64,000 nt of DNA from IMG/VR virus record IMGVR_UViG_3300030090_003700, positions 494 through 64,493 of that record; one strand, given 5' to 3'. The DNA comes from a virus (lineage: Duplodnaviria > Caudoviricetes). Below are positions 49,342-60,600 of this stretch, piece after piece; the first letter of the stretch is position 1; each line of letters begins with the position of its first letter. The notes under the pieces were generated by a model, which was not told the origin of the DNA, searched no databases, and was given only the letters and a program-made list of their open reading frames with translations. A program made the translations under genes and the position numbers.

Positions 49342-49778
49342 GACTAACAGCAAGTGACATACGAGAATTAAATTTATTAAAGTATTATAGGCTCATTCGC
49401 AAATGGGCCTGTAAAACTTATGGGCTAAAAGACGCTGATTTAGAACTTTTAGTGTATTTAGATTGCAAATCGCGATTTACACGTAATGAATTTATAGAAG
49501 GCGCATATACATACTCATGGGATAAAAACAGATGGGAACGACTAAGAAAAGATGGTTGGATAGATGTATGGCGTCACAGAAACAGAACAACTATAAAATA
49601 CAGTATATACAAAACCTCATTTAAATGTAGTCAACTTATATCTCGTATATACAGAATAATGCTCGCAGAAGAAGACTTACCTACAAGCGAGAGAAGCGTA
49701 TTTTATAATAATAAATCATATACCGATAAAGTCTATAATAAAGCTATAGATGATATGATTAAAGATAAAGATCGCTAA
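49338..49778 (+). CDS. Putative winged-helix protein
   Basis: YGLKDADLELLVYL...ERLRKDGWI pattern. Confidence 0.5.
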   Translation: MRLTASDIRELNLLKYYRLIRKWACKTYGLKDADLELLVYLDCKSRFTRNEFIEGAYTYSWDKNRWERLRKDGWIDVWRHRNRTTIKYSIYKTSFKCSQLISRIYRIMLAEEDLPTSERSVFYNNKSYTDKVYNKAIDDMIKDKDR

Positions 49779-50179
49779 TGGGCTACAAAATGAAAACTAA
49801 TATTCCGGGATTATTAGGTATTAATGAAAAACATTCTACACCTGATATTCCAGTATTTGAATCAAATCTAGGTGGCGTATGGGGATATGCTCTTATGGAT
49901 AGAACTATTCATATTAACAAAAAGTTGAATGAAAAGCAAAAAGAAAAAGCGGTACAACACGAAAAAGAGCATGTACTACAAATGAGAAGAGGAGAAACTT
50001 GGTATGATATGAATAAAGTTTATCATCATCCTGATAAAAGTAAACCTATACAAACATATTTAAGAATTGGAGATGGTATATTAGTTAAAGGAAAAGTAAT
50101 ACCTAACGGTCATCCTAAAAATCCAGTTGAAGAAACTGTATATGCAAAAACAGGTTACAAACCTACAAAGTTAAGTTAA
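49778..50179 (+). CDS. Small zincin-like (HExxH) protein
   Basis: GYA...TIHINKKL...AVQHEKEHVLQ. Confidence 0.55.
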   Translation: MGYKMKTNIPGLLGINEKHSTPDIPVFESNLGGVWGYALMDRTIHINKKLNEKQKEKAVQHEKEHVLQMRRGETWYDMNKVYHHPDKSKPIQTYLRIGDGILVKGKVIPNGHPKNPVEETVYAKTGYKPTKLS

Positions 50180-50181
50180 TT

Positions 50182-50475
50182 ATGGCAAATAAAAATGCAC
50201 CATCAAGAAAAAAATCCTTAGGTTATTATAACGAGGTAAGAGATAAGAAAAAAGAAGGAGCTGCTGCTGGAGGCGGTATGACTAAAAAAGGTGTAGCTAA
50301 ATATAGAAGAGATAATCCCGGTAGTAAATTAAAAACTGCCGTTACTAATTGTAAAGTAAAACCAGGCACTAAAGCTTATAAAAGACAAAAAGCTTTTTGT
50401 AGTAGATCAAGAAGTTGGAAAGGAGAAAGAGGAAAAGCTGCAAGACGTAGATGGTGCTGTAGTAGACACAGATAA
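50182..50475 (+). CDS. Small basic protein
   Basis: GGMTKKGVAKYRRDNPGSKLK...KAFCSRS...RRRWCC. Confidence 0.7.
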   Translation: MANKNAPSRKKSLGYYNEVRDKKKEGAAAGGGMTKKGVAKYRRDNPGSKLKTAVTNCKVKPGTKAYKRQKAFCSRSRSWKGERGKAARRRWCCSRHR

Positions 50476-50477
50476 TT

Positions 50478-50648
50478 ATGTATAGAGAAAAACCAAAGGG
50501 TCTTGGAGACTCAATAGAAAATTTTACAACAAAAACAGGAATAAAGGGGTTTGTAGATAAAGTATCAGATGGCCTCAACATACCATGCGGCTGCGAAGGC
50601 AGGCGTAAGGCTATGAATACTTTATTCCCTTATAAATACAAACAATAA
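50478..50648 (+). CDS. Small GLGD...CGC protein (56 aa, not in ORF track)
   Basis: MYREKPKGLGDSIENFTTKTGIK...PCGCEGRRKAMN read by hand. Confidence 0.7.
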   Translation: MYREKPKGLGDSIENFTTKTGIKGFVDKVSDGLNIPCGCEGRRKAMNTLFPYKYKQ

Positions 50649-50659
50649 AAACAAAAATC

Positions 50660-51736
50660 ATGCCAAACAAAGAATTAAAAAATGTACCTGAAGGAAAAGC
50701 AGGTAAAGGGCTAAGATCATTACCAACAGATGTTAGAAATAACATGGGTTATAAAATGGACGACAAAGTATATAAAATGGCTCAAATAGCTGGTAAACCA
50801 GCAATGCCTATGCAGCATACCGATAAGTTATATGCTACAGATCCTGCTAAAAAAAGTATTAGACCTTTATACGCTACACCAAATAACTTACACAAATTTA
50901 CTGAAACTAGTAAGTCAGGTAATGTAATAACATACGATACTACCGTAGATGGTAGACCAGTTATATATCCTGTTGGAATGGATGTTCCTGCAAATATAAG
51001 ACAAAGATCTTCTACTTCAGCTAGGGATATGCAATTTGCTAAAGACAGTTATCAAGCAGCAATGAGTTCTGATGAAGCGAAGGGTTTTGGTAATCAGGTA
51101 ATGACATCTATTAATCAAACTTATACAGGGCAAAATAGAGCAATAGGAGATTTTAAAAGACAAACAACTAATAGACCTAGACAGTATCAATCTAATTATT
51201 CAAACGTAGACATTAGATCTTCTGCTTCTATGATAAATCCACGTTCAGGTAAACCTATATCATTTGGTTCTCCTTTTGATGTAAGTAATTATAAATATGA
51301 TACCGAATATAATATAGGTATGACAAATATGTTAGGTGGGCCAGACGCTAAATATCCTTCAAAAAAGAATCAAAGAATATATAGACAAAGCGAAAAAGTT
51401 CAAGCTAATATTGATCAAGCTGTTAAAAATTGGAGAAGTGGTGAAAAATCAGGTCTTAAAAACTTAGAACAAGGTATAGTTCATGTTCAACCAGAAAAAC
51501 CAAAAGTTGAAATTCGTCAAGTTGTTGATATGAATGCAAAGCCTAAAAAAGATAAAAATAAAGGACCAGGATTATTTAAAGTAGTAGGTCAAGCAATTTC
51601 TGATTTAAATTTATTTAGAGCACCAAAATACAAAGGAGCAAAAATAAAGAGTAGAGGAAGAAGTAGAAGCGGTTCTAGCTTTAGATATAGAGGTGGCCGT
51701 GGCGGCGGAAGAAGATCCAATAGATTCAATAGATAA
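50660..51736 (+). CDS. Hypothetical basic protein with RG-rich tail
   Basis: 358 aa ending RSRSGSSFRYRGGRGGGRRSNRFNR. Confidence 0.65.
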   Translation: MPNKELKNVPEGKAGKGLRSLPTDVRNNMGYKMDDKVYKMAQIAGKPAMPMQHTDKLYATDPAKKSIRPLYATPNNLHKFTETSKSGNVITYDTTVDGRPVIYPVGMDVPANIRQRSSTSARDMQFAKDSYQAAMSSDEAKGFGNQVMTSINQTYTGQNRAIGDFKRQTTNRPRQYQSNYSNVDIRSSASMINPRSGKPISFGSPFDVSNYKYDTEYNIGMTNMLGGPDAKYPSKKNQRIYRQSEKVQANIDQAVKNWRSGEKSGLKNLEQGIVHVQPEKPKVEIRQVVDMNAKPKKDKNKGPGLFKVVGQAISDLNLFRAPKYKGAKIKSRGRSRSGSSFRYRGGRGGGRRSNRFNR

Positions 51737-51766
51737 ATAAATATAAACAATTAAATTAAATTAAAT

Positions 51767-52114
51767 ATGAAAAAAACAATTTTAGCACTAGCTATGCTTT
51801 TTAGCATGGCTACAAACGGGCAAGACTTTACAGGAATATGGCAAGATGAAGGAGATGCATCCTTTTATATTGTAATATTATATAATGAAGATAAAGGATA
51901 TATATTTTCAAACTTTTCTTTTATAGAACAAAATACAGTACAAGAAAATTTTGTTAGTCAAAAAAATGATAAAATAAATACAACTGTATATAACCCAGAT
52001 AATGGGTGGAGAACATTTATTGAATATAAATATATTAATAAAGATTCTATTCAAGTTAAGTATACTGGAGATATTGAAAGAAAATCTTTCTTGCATAGAA
52101 AAGAAATAAAATAA
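51767..52114 (+). CDS. Secreted protein
   Basis: Bacteroidota-style signal peptide MKKTILALAMLFSMATNG-Q; FTGIW strand. Confidence 0.6.
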   Translation: MKKTILALAMLFSMATNGQDFTGIWQDEGDASFYIVILYNEDKGYIFSNFSFIEQNTVQENFVSQKNDKINTTVYNPDNGWRTFIEYKYINKDSIQVKYTGDIERKSFLHRKEIK

Positions 52115-52512
52115 TGTCAAAAATATTATCTAAACTATTCGGCAATGGAGGTGGAGCAGTCGTAGACAAGCTAGCTAACGTTGCTGATAAGTTTATTCGA
52201 ACCAAAGATGAAAAAGCTGAGTTCGAAAAAGAAATGACGCAAATACTTATAGAGGCAGAAGCTCAGATGCAAAAAAACGTAACTGAAAGATGGAAAGCAG
52301 ATTTAGAGCATGGTAACTGGTTGACACGTTCGGTTAGACCGTTAGTATTAGTATTTTTAATTATAAGTACTGTATTAATGGTTTTTATTGATTCTGGCTC
52401 TATTGCCTTTGAGGTAGAAGATAAATGGACAGATTTATTACAAATTGTCCTTATAACCGTAATCGGTGCATACTTCGGTGGGCGCTCGGTTGAAAAAATA
52501 AGAAAAAAATAA
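52114..52512 (+). CDS. Holin-like protein (3TM/GTA-holin family)
   Basis: DKFIRTKDEK...NWLTRSVRPLVL...GAYFGGRSVEK pattern with hydrophobic helices. Confidence 0.72.
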   Translation: MSKILSKLFGNGGGAVVDKLANVADKFIRTKDEKAEFEKEMTQILIEAEAQMQKNVTERWKADLEHGNWLTRSVRPLVLVFLIISTVLMVFIDSGSIAFEVEDKWTDLLQIVLITVIGAYFGGRSVEKIRKK

Positions 52513-52854
52513 ATGCCTAGAATTAAAAATGTACAAACAGACAATACTATCACAATTGAGGATAAGCTGCTAGGTACAGATTCGCAAACCGGCAATACTA
52601 AAAATTACAGAGTAGGGGATTTAAAAGATTTTATAAAAAGTGAAAGACTTTATGTCCATAATCAAGCTATAGCTTCGACTACATGGGTAATAAACCATAA
52701 TAAAAACACATTTCCAAGTGTTAGCCTAAAATTTTCAAGCAGCGATGAAGTTTATGAAAATGTTGGCGCATTTGGCGGTGTAACATACAACAACGCAAAT
52801 ACTATAACAATAACTTTAGCGGCTGCAGAAAGCGGCTACGCATACTTAAACTAA
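52513..52854 (+). CDS. Tail-associated protein
   Basis: HNQAIASTTWVINHN..FPSV...NTITIT motif. Confidence 0.6.
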   Translation: MPRIKNVQTDNTITIEDKLLGTDSQTGNTKNYRVGDLKDFIKSERLYVHNQAIASTTWVINHNKNTFPSVSLKFSSSDEVYENVGAFGGVTYNNANTITITLAAAESGYAYLN

Positions 52855-52860
52855 AAAAAA

Positions 52861-54666
52861 ATGAGTAAAATACCTTTTTTAAATCACTTAGATCTACGAA
52901 GTGTATCGGAGCTGCAAAACGCAATTCTGCATAAAACAACATCGGGCTCTGCATCAAATGTAGAAGGTAAGGTAATATATGATACCGGGTCTAACACAAT
53001 AAAATATTATAATGGATCCGCATGGATTTCATTAACAGGAGATGGTACAAAATATGATTTATTAGTGCCTTCCGGAACAACAGCAATAAGATTAGAAGGC
53101 GCAACTGATTCAGGTAATACAAATGACGATATTACAATTACAGGCGGTACTAATGTAACTGTTACAAGAAACAGCGCTACTCAACTTACAATTGCATCTA
53201 CAGATACAAATACTAATCAACTAACAGAGTGGATATTAACAGATGATGATGATGATAATACAACTATAGCTCATGGTGATCATGTTAAGTTCGTTATGGC
53301 TACAGGAACATTAGGTACAAATACTACTGGCTCTGGTACAGATGGTGATCCATATCTTGTTACACTTACATCTCCTAATACACAATTATCTGACGAACAA
53401 CTCCAAGATAAAGTTGGTGCAATGGTTACCAACAACACAGAGACTAGAATTAATGTATCATATGATGATACAACTGGAACGCTAGATTTTGTTGTAGATG
53501 ACATGAACTATACTCACCCGACACACCCTGGTGATGATATTAGTGTTGATACTGGTGCTTTAACAGGTGCCACTGTAATTAGTGATTTAGATTTTAATGT
53601 TACAACAGATACGCTGGGTCACGTTACAGATGCAAATGCTACTTTTGCAACAAGAAATTTAACGTTAGCTAATTTAGGATATACCGGTGATGATGATGCA
53701 AACAACTATAGTTTAGATTTAACTAAGTTAAACGCTGTTACTTCTGCAATGACAGAAAGTAATACTTTAACGTTTGGTGATTCTGGCGAAGATACACAAG
53801 TAACAATTAAAGGTAACTTAACTGTAACTGGTACACAAACAGTAAACAATGTTGTAACAGTATCAACATCAAATGGTGTACAATTTGAAGGTACAGCTGC
53901 TGATGGTAATGATGCAACTCTTGTATCTGTTGTTGCTGGTTCTGATAAAACATATACATTACCAAATATAACTGGTCATATTCCAATTATGACTAATGAC
54001 CCTGGCACAACAGCTTTAGCTCCTACAATTACTGAGCTTAATTATGTTGATGGTGTTACTAGCGCCATCCAAGGTCAAATTGATGGAAAGCAAGCGTCTA
54101 GTGCTAAGTTAACTGAATTAGCAACTATGGCTCAGGCTACTGCAAATGCACTGGCAGATTTAACAAGTACTGAAGTTCAAAAAATAGACGGTGCGACAGC
54201 TGGTACTGTTGTTGCTAGTAAAGCGGTTGTAGTTGATAGTAGTAAAAATATAACAGGATTTAATAATGTAACTCTTGCTGGTGAATTAGATGCTGCTACA
54301 TTAGATATTAGTGGTAATGCAGATATTGATGGAACTTTAGAAGCTGATGCAATTACAGTTAATGGCACAGCACTTAACACTGTTATTGACAATAGAATTA
54401 CTGTTAGAGAGTTTAAAGGTAATTTCCCAAGTTCAGCAAGTTCAGCAGGTGATACTTTAACACTAACGCATAACTTAGGAACAAGAGATGTTATTGTACA
54501 GTTTTATGCTAATGTTGCAGATATAACTGGAAATGGCACGGGTGATGTTACTCAATATGAAGAAGTAAAACTTTCAACTACTAGAGCAACAACTAATACT
54601 ATTACTGTTGTTCCTTTAGTTGCACTTGCTGCAAATTCACTAAGAGTATTAGTAAAAGAATTATAA
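52861..54666 (+). CDS. Tail fibre protein
   Basis: T/D/G-rich beta repeats; ELNYVDGVTSAIQ; C-terminal THNLGTRDVIVQ. Confidence 0.75.
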   Translation: MSKIPFLNHLDLRSVSELQNAILHKTTSGSASNVEGKVIYDTGSNTIKYYNGSAWISLTGDGTKYDLLVPSGTTAIRLEGATDSGNTNDDITITGGTNVTVTRNSATQLTIASTDTNTNQLTEWILTDDDDDNTTIAHGDHVKFVMATGTLGTNTTGSGTDGDPYLVTLTSPNTQLSDEQLQDKVGAMVTNNTETRINVSYDDTTGTLDFVVDDMNYTHPTHPGDDISVDTGALTGATVISDLDFNVTTDTLGHVTDANATFATRNLTLANLGYTGDDDANNYSLDLTKLNAVTSAMTESNTLTFGDSGEDTQVTIKGNLTVTGTQTVNNVVTVSTSNGVQFEGTAADGNDATLVSVVAGSDKTYTLPNITGHIPIMTNDPGTTALAPTITELNYVDGVTSAIQGQIDGKQASSAKLTELATMAQATANALADLTSTEVQKIDGATAGTVVASKAVVVDSSKNITGFNNVTLAGELDAATLDISGNADIDGTLEADAITVNGTALNTVIDNRITVREFKGNFPSSASSAGDTLTLTHNLGTRDVIVQFYANVADITGNGTGDVTQYEEVKLSTTRATTNTITVVPLVALAANSLRVLVKEL

Positions 54667-54677
54667 AATAAAATTAA

Positions 54678-54872
54678 ATGATAATTAGAGTAGAGTATGA
54701 TAAAACAGATGCTACTTTAACGCTCACAAAAGATGATGATATAGTTGCTGTTATCAATAATACAAGTATTGTTGATAATAGTGACTCATTATCATTTGAA
54801 ATAGCGTTAGATGTATCTCAATATCAAGAACAATATAACGAAGTAATAGTAGATGGCAACAATAACGAGTAA
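54678..54872 (+). CDS. Small tail-associated protein
   Basis: 64-aa acidic ORF between fibre genes. Confidence 0.5.
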   Translation: MIIRVEYDKTDATLTLTKDDDIVAVINNTSIVDNSDSLSFEIALDVSQYQEQYNEVIVDGNNNE

Positions 54873-57648
54873 TTCATCGGGTAACTGGGCTACAGGCTCT
54901 ACATGGGTAGGAGGATCAGTTCCTGCCGCTGATGATTTAGTAGTTATTGCACACGGCCACAAAGTTACTTTAAATACAAATATACAGTCAACAAGAACTG
55001 GAGACGTTACTATAGACGGTAATTTACATTTTGCTAATGGTGGTAAAATGCATTTGCACGGTCGTATGAGTGTAAATAACACTAGCAACTCTAACAATAC
55101 TGCTGGAGAGTTTGCTGAAGGTACCAGTACATCTGGTTCTCTACTCAGTATGGCTGGGGGTACCGAAATAAAAATATCTGGTAGCAATAGTGACCAACAT
55201 GGTATACAAATACGTAGTAGAAAATGGTGTGGTGTACAAATAAATGGTAGTGAACCTACATTAATAACAACAGTTAACGGTAACCATGCACCTGATTCTT
55301 CATATATAACTGTAGCAAATTCTGCTAATTTTGCAGCTAATGATAGAATATCGCTTTATAAAAGAGAAGAAGATTATACAGTTGCAAACGATGAAGTGTT
55401 TTTTATTCATGATATAGACACTTCAAATCATAGAATTTATTTTAGACAATATGTTTGTCCTGAAGCAACAATACAATCAGTTAGCGGCTCTACAATAACA
55501 GTTAATGATGCATCTGTATTTAGAGTTAATTATCTATTAATATTTGGTACCGGTAATAATAGAAACGTACTACGTGTCACAGCTATAAATAAAAATACCA
55601 TAACCTTTGGTAGCACTGTTGACAATGATCCTTCCTTAGTTGGTGCAAAAGTATATCAAACCGGCACCGAAAAACATCACATAAATGGAAAATTTTGCAG
55701 AAGAATAGCTAGCGCAGTAGCAACAGAATATATAGGTGCTACTAGCCTTAGAACTATTACTCTTAATGACGTAACTGATTTTTCAGTTGGCGATACAGTA
55801 TATATACACGCTAGTTTTAGTAAACTCGGCGGTAATCTTGCTGGTGATTATTATTATACTTCTAGTGGATTTGGAAGTACTTCACTGGGAAATAATGAAG
55901 GTATATGGAGGCTTAAAACTATATACAATATAACAAGTATTGATACCAGTGCTAAAACAATAACTGTTGACAGAGATATACTTTTTAATGGTAATGTAGG
56001 TGATCCTGTTGTAAAAATGACAAGGGATGTTTTAATTAAGGCTTGTGATACTAGTGGTAACGATATAGCTGATGGTGACAGAGATACAGCTAGAGTATTT
56101 TTTAACGTACAATATTGGACAAGTAATAGTTGGTATAACGCACCAACAAGAAGAGTTAAGATAAAATACGTAGAGTTTTCTGGCTTAGGATATAATACTA
56201 ATGATAGTACAAACTTTAGAGCTGGTGTATTAATAGGAGGTTATAATGGTAGATTTGAAAAAGCTATAACTGGAAGCGCGGAAGATAATACAACAATACA
56301 TAATAATAACGGCGTAAGTCAAACTGGAGAAAATTATATAGACGGATGTACTTTTACCGCTCATAATCAATATGTTAATGATGCACGCGACGGCGACGAT
56401 TATGGGGCTATATGTATAAGACACCCTTATGGTATGGTCACTAGAAATTTAGCTGTTATTGGTGCTGGCAGAGGTGTATGGCACTGGAGCACACAATATT
56501 TCAATAAGTCTCATGGGCATATTACAGCACACTGTAATTACTGTAATTTTGAAATCGGGGCTGGATATGAGCAATTTAATGAATATTCTTATATGCAAGG
56601 CTACGGTTCTGAAGACTATGGTTTTATGACTTTTAATGTTGGAAGACAAAATAATGCCAGCAAGGTAATGCATATAAGAAATGAAAATGCACGTAGTTAT
56701 TGTTATTATTTTGGCGGCAGTACAATATCTCCTTTTTATAGAAGATTTTTTGCTAATAGATACGGGCAAGCAACATATATAGCTGATAGTACTGTTAATA
56801 TTAATGTAGATGATTCTAAATTTTATCCTAGTGATTGGGATGCTACAAGAAGTATATATAAAGAAGGTATTGGCAGAAGGTATGCTCAAACTTTACAATC
56901 TCATGCAAGTAGCCACCACGGTTTATATAGAGGAGGTACTGGTGTTAGAGGTATTGTATGTTTTACCGGACATGGGTTTAGAGAACAAGAAAAAGTAGAG
57001 GTATATTACAATATAACAAGATTTAGAGGTTTAAAAGGATATGGGCGTGATTTATATGCATCATCTTGGAGTGGTAATCCGCTAGCAACAGGTGTAATTA
57101 AAATACCCGCAAACTGTACTGTTAAAATAAAATCTGTTATAAAAATAAATGAAACAGAATGGGATGGAACACCTAGAGGTGTTGATGATTCTTCACCGCC
57201 ATGGCTAATAGCAGGTTATGCATATCATCCATCTTATGGTGGTAACAGATACGATATAAACTCTGAAAACCATAGATACGCAATTACTGATTTAGATTTA
57301 AATAGTGCTACGGAAATTGCAGATATAAAAAATAGTACATTTGCACAAGGAAATTTAGAAAAAGGATTTTTAGAATATGTACAACATACTCAAGCAGCAA
57401 TTGGAGCTTTTGAAACAAAAACATTAACAGTACAGCCTCAATATAAAAGTTACTATTTAATGTTTGGTTATTATTTTACAGACCACGATTTGATTCATGA
57501 AGGTTTTGAAGCAGAAGATATACACTTAGCTATGTCAGTATCACCGCCGCATGGTTTAGAAATGTGGCCAAATAACTTTGCAAAAGTAACAGTACGACCT
57601 TCAGCAAATTTTGACACTGGAAAAAAACGAATATCAGGAAGAATTTAA
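54853..57648 (+). CDS. G8-domain / beta-helix tail spike candidate
   Basis: SGNW...TW.GG.VP...D.VVI..GHKVTL G8 pattern; later parallel beta-helix-like repeats. Confidence 0.6.
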   Translation: MATITSNSSGNWATGSTWVGGSVPAADDLVVIAHGHKVTLNTNIQSTRTGDVTIDGNLHFANGGKMHLHGRMSVNNTSNSNNTAGEFAEGTSTSGSLLSMAGGTEIKISGSNSDQHGIQIRSRKWCGVQINGSEPTLITTVNGNHAPDSSYITVANSANFAANDRISLYKREEDYTVANDEVFFIHDIDTSNHRIYFRQYVCPEATIQSVSGSTITVNDASVFRVNYLLIFGTGNNRNVLRVTAINKNTITFGSTVDNDPSLVGAKVYQTGTEKHHINGKFCRRIASAVATEYIGATSLRTITLNDVTDFSVGDTVYIHASFSKLGGNLAGDYYYTSSGFGSTSLGNNEGIWRLKTIYNITSIDTSAKTITVDRDILFNGNVGDPVVKMTRDVLIKACDTSGNDIADGDRDTARVFFNVQYWTSNSWYNAPTRRVKIKYVEFSGLGYNTNDSTNFRAGVLIGGYNGRFEKAITGSAEDNTTIHNNNGVSQTGENYIDGCTFTAHNQYVNDARDGDDYGAICIRHPYGMVTRNLAVIGAGRGVWHWSTQYFNKSHGHITAHCNYCNFEIGAGYEQFNEYSYMQGYGSEDYGFMTFNVGRQNNASKVMHIRNENARSYCYYFGGSTISPFYRRFFANRYGQATYIADSTVNINVDDSKFYPSDWDATRSIYKEGIGRRYAQTLQSHASSHHGLYRGGTGVRGIVCFTGHGFREQEKVEVYYNITRFRGLKGYGRDLYASSWSGNPLATGVIKIPANCTVKIKSVIKINETEWDGTPRGVDDSSPPWLIAGYAYHPSYGGNRYDINSENHRYAITDLDLNSATEIADIKNSTFAQGNLEKGFLEYVQHTQAAIGAFETKTLTVQPQYKSYYLMFGYYFTDHDLIHEGFEAEDIHLAMSVSPPHGLEMWPNNFAKVTVRPSANFDTGKKRISGRI

Positions 57649-57658
57649 ATAATAAATA

Positions 57659-60600
57659 ATGGCAGAATTTTTACATGATTTAAATATACACGGCGCAGGG
57701 CAAATACAATTTAGAACTACTGCAGGAGCAAATGCTGGTAAAATAGATCAAAATGGTAATGACTTAGTTTTAAGTAATGCTGTTGGTGATATTATTATTG
57801 GAAATGGTAGTGATGATGTTTTTATTGGTGATGGAACAAATGCTGTTGATATTAGATTTGAACAGAATATGGCAATATTTGCTGATTCTAGTTCAACAAA
57901 AACTTTAACACTAGGTGGTTCAAATACAAGTTTAATATTAGAAAGCCCAACCTTTAATGGCACTGTTACTTTGGGTGCTACAACAATAAATAATAAACTT
58001 ACTTTTACAACTGGTACTGGTTATATAGTGTTTGACTACGAGCCATCAACAGGTTCCAATGCTGAATATTCAAGTGAGGTTCCTTTATTAAAAGTTGACC
58101 ATGCTGGTACAGAAAAAACAATACTTTCTAGGTTAACAAATAACGCTGCTCTTGCAATAGGTAACGATGATACAGTTGCTATTGTAGCTGGAGATACAAA
58201 AGCTGTTATCAAAGATAACTGGAATTATCCAAATGAAAATGTATTATTTGCTGCTGAAGGTGGTTTTTATGCTTTTGGTTTTCCTGATAACAATGTAACC
58301 TGGGCAAATAGAAATGTGTTTCAATTTAGGTCAGAAAGCGCTACAGCTAGTAATAACGGTTTATATATAGGTGATGGTGGTCAAACACAATTTATAGATT
58401 TAGATAGAAACTTAAAAAATATTGGGACAATAAGCAGCACAGGTGATGTAACTATTACTAATGGTAATATTATATTTTCATCACAATACGGCATTAGATT
58501 TACCGATGCTAACACTAGAATATATACAAATACAGATAGCCCAGAAGATTTATTAGTAGAGGCTGATCAAGACTTATTATTAACTCCTGATAGGTATGTT
58601 GGTGTTAACACAACAACCCCTGCATCTGTGCTACATATCAATACAGGCTCAGGAACACAAAATTCTAATACTGTTATTATTGATAGAGCAGGCTCAAGTG
58701 ATTATTCAGGTGTAAGCTTTGCAACTGCAGGGACTGTAGATTGGTCAATAGGCCAAAACTCAGCTGGAACTTTTGAAGTATATGAAGATGGTCAAGATGC
58801 TCAAACTAGGTTAACTATAGCAAGCGGCGGTAACGCAACTTTTGCAGGTGATATAGCTGTTGGGCCAAAAAGCAATGCAACTGTACAAGTTTCAGAAAGT
58901 GGTAATTCAACAGTAAAAATGTTAGCTGGTTCTGTAGGTAGAGTTGGTACCTATAGTAACCATAATTTAAACTTGATGGTTAATAGCAACACTGCATTAA
59001 CACTAGATACATCACAAGATGCTTTATTTGCAAGTGATGTTGCAGTTACAGCTAAATTAGCAGTAGGAGCAACTTCAGTTCACGCTAGTTATGATTTATA
59101 TAATCAAGGAACATTTTACTCTAACGGTGCTGCTACAATAAACGCAGACCTAACTGTTGATGCAGGTTCTATATCTATATCAGGTGATGGTAGTAACGCG
59201 GTTACTCTTACTGAAAGCGGTAGTGGTGATTTTACAATAGATGCCGCGGATGATATTAGATTAGATGCAGGTGGTGGTGATATTGTTTTAAGAGATGATG
59301 GCTCTGAATATGCTAGATTAACTAACGAAAGCCAAACTCTTGTAATAAAAGCATCTACAAATGATATGGATATTAAATTTAATGGCTTTGATAACGGAAC
59401 AGGTATAACAGCCCTTAAATTAGATATGTCTAATGCGGGTGAAGGCCAATTTAATAATAGCATTAGAGTACCTGGAGAAATTACTAAGGCGGGTAGTACA
59501 ACGTTTAGTATTGATTTAAAAGATCATTCTAATTATACATGGCTTAGAAATGAACCAGGTCAATGGAGTTTTCAATCAGGAACCTCAGGTGACGACTGGA
59601 CTCAATCATGGCAAATATATGTACCTAACGTAGATAGTGATGGTGGTAACGCAACTTTTGTTGAATTAGGACAAAGACATACAAACGATACAACTGGTGA
59701 GTTTAAAGGTGTTAAAATAGTTAAAAGAACTGGATCTGGAGTTGTAGATGGAGATTTCCAAGCAGGAGCAACTACAGTATCTGATTTAACAGTAACTGGT
59801 AACTTAACTATAACTGGCGATATAAACTCTTACAATGTTACAGATTTAGATGTTTCGGATAAAACAATAACAATTGGTAAAGGACAAACAGAAGCTAACT
59901 CAGGTGGTTCAGGTATTATAGTAGATGGTTCTAGTGCTAGTATTTTATGGGACGAAAGTAATGATACTTGGGATTTAAATAAAGGTTTAGATGTAGCTGG
60001 TAATATACATGCTCAAAGTAATTTAAGCGCGTCAGGTACTTTAACTATTAATGGTCACAGCACATTAGGCAATGCTACTTCTGATACTACAACTATAAAT
60101 GGAAGCACAATATTAAATAAAAAAGCAGCTTCTGGTAATACAAATATTGCAATAGCACAATTAAAAACTGCTGACGGTAGTACCACTTGGAATATTGGCG
60201 GTAGTAATACCTCCTATAACGACTTTATGATATGGGCACCAGATAAAGGTGTTGGCAATTATTTTCAAATAAATAAATCATCAGGGCAAGTAAAAATAGG
60301 TGCAGACACAAGTGGCTCTGACCTTATAGTATATGGTAATGCAACTGGTGAAAGAATGTTTTGGGACGCAAGTGAAAGCAATTTAACTATAAATCATGAC
60401 ACAGATGATGCAGGTCTTGAAATATATACAGTAGCAAGTGCACAACCAACTACACATCAAGTTAAAATAGGTAGAGATAATGGTCAATATTTAGGTATAA
60501 GAGTTGATGATGGTAGATCATATTTTGTACATAGACAAGATGAAAGCGGGGGCAGTGATAATCATCATCAAAGTAATCAAATATGGACTGATGGAGGTGG

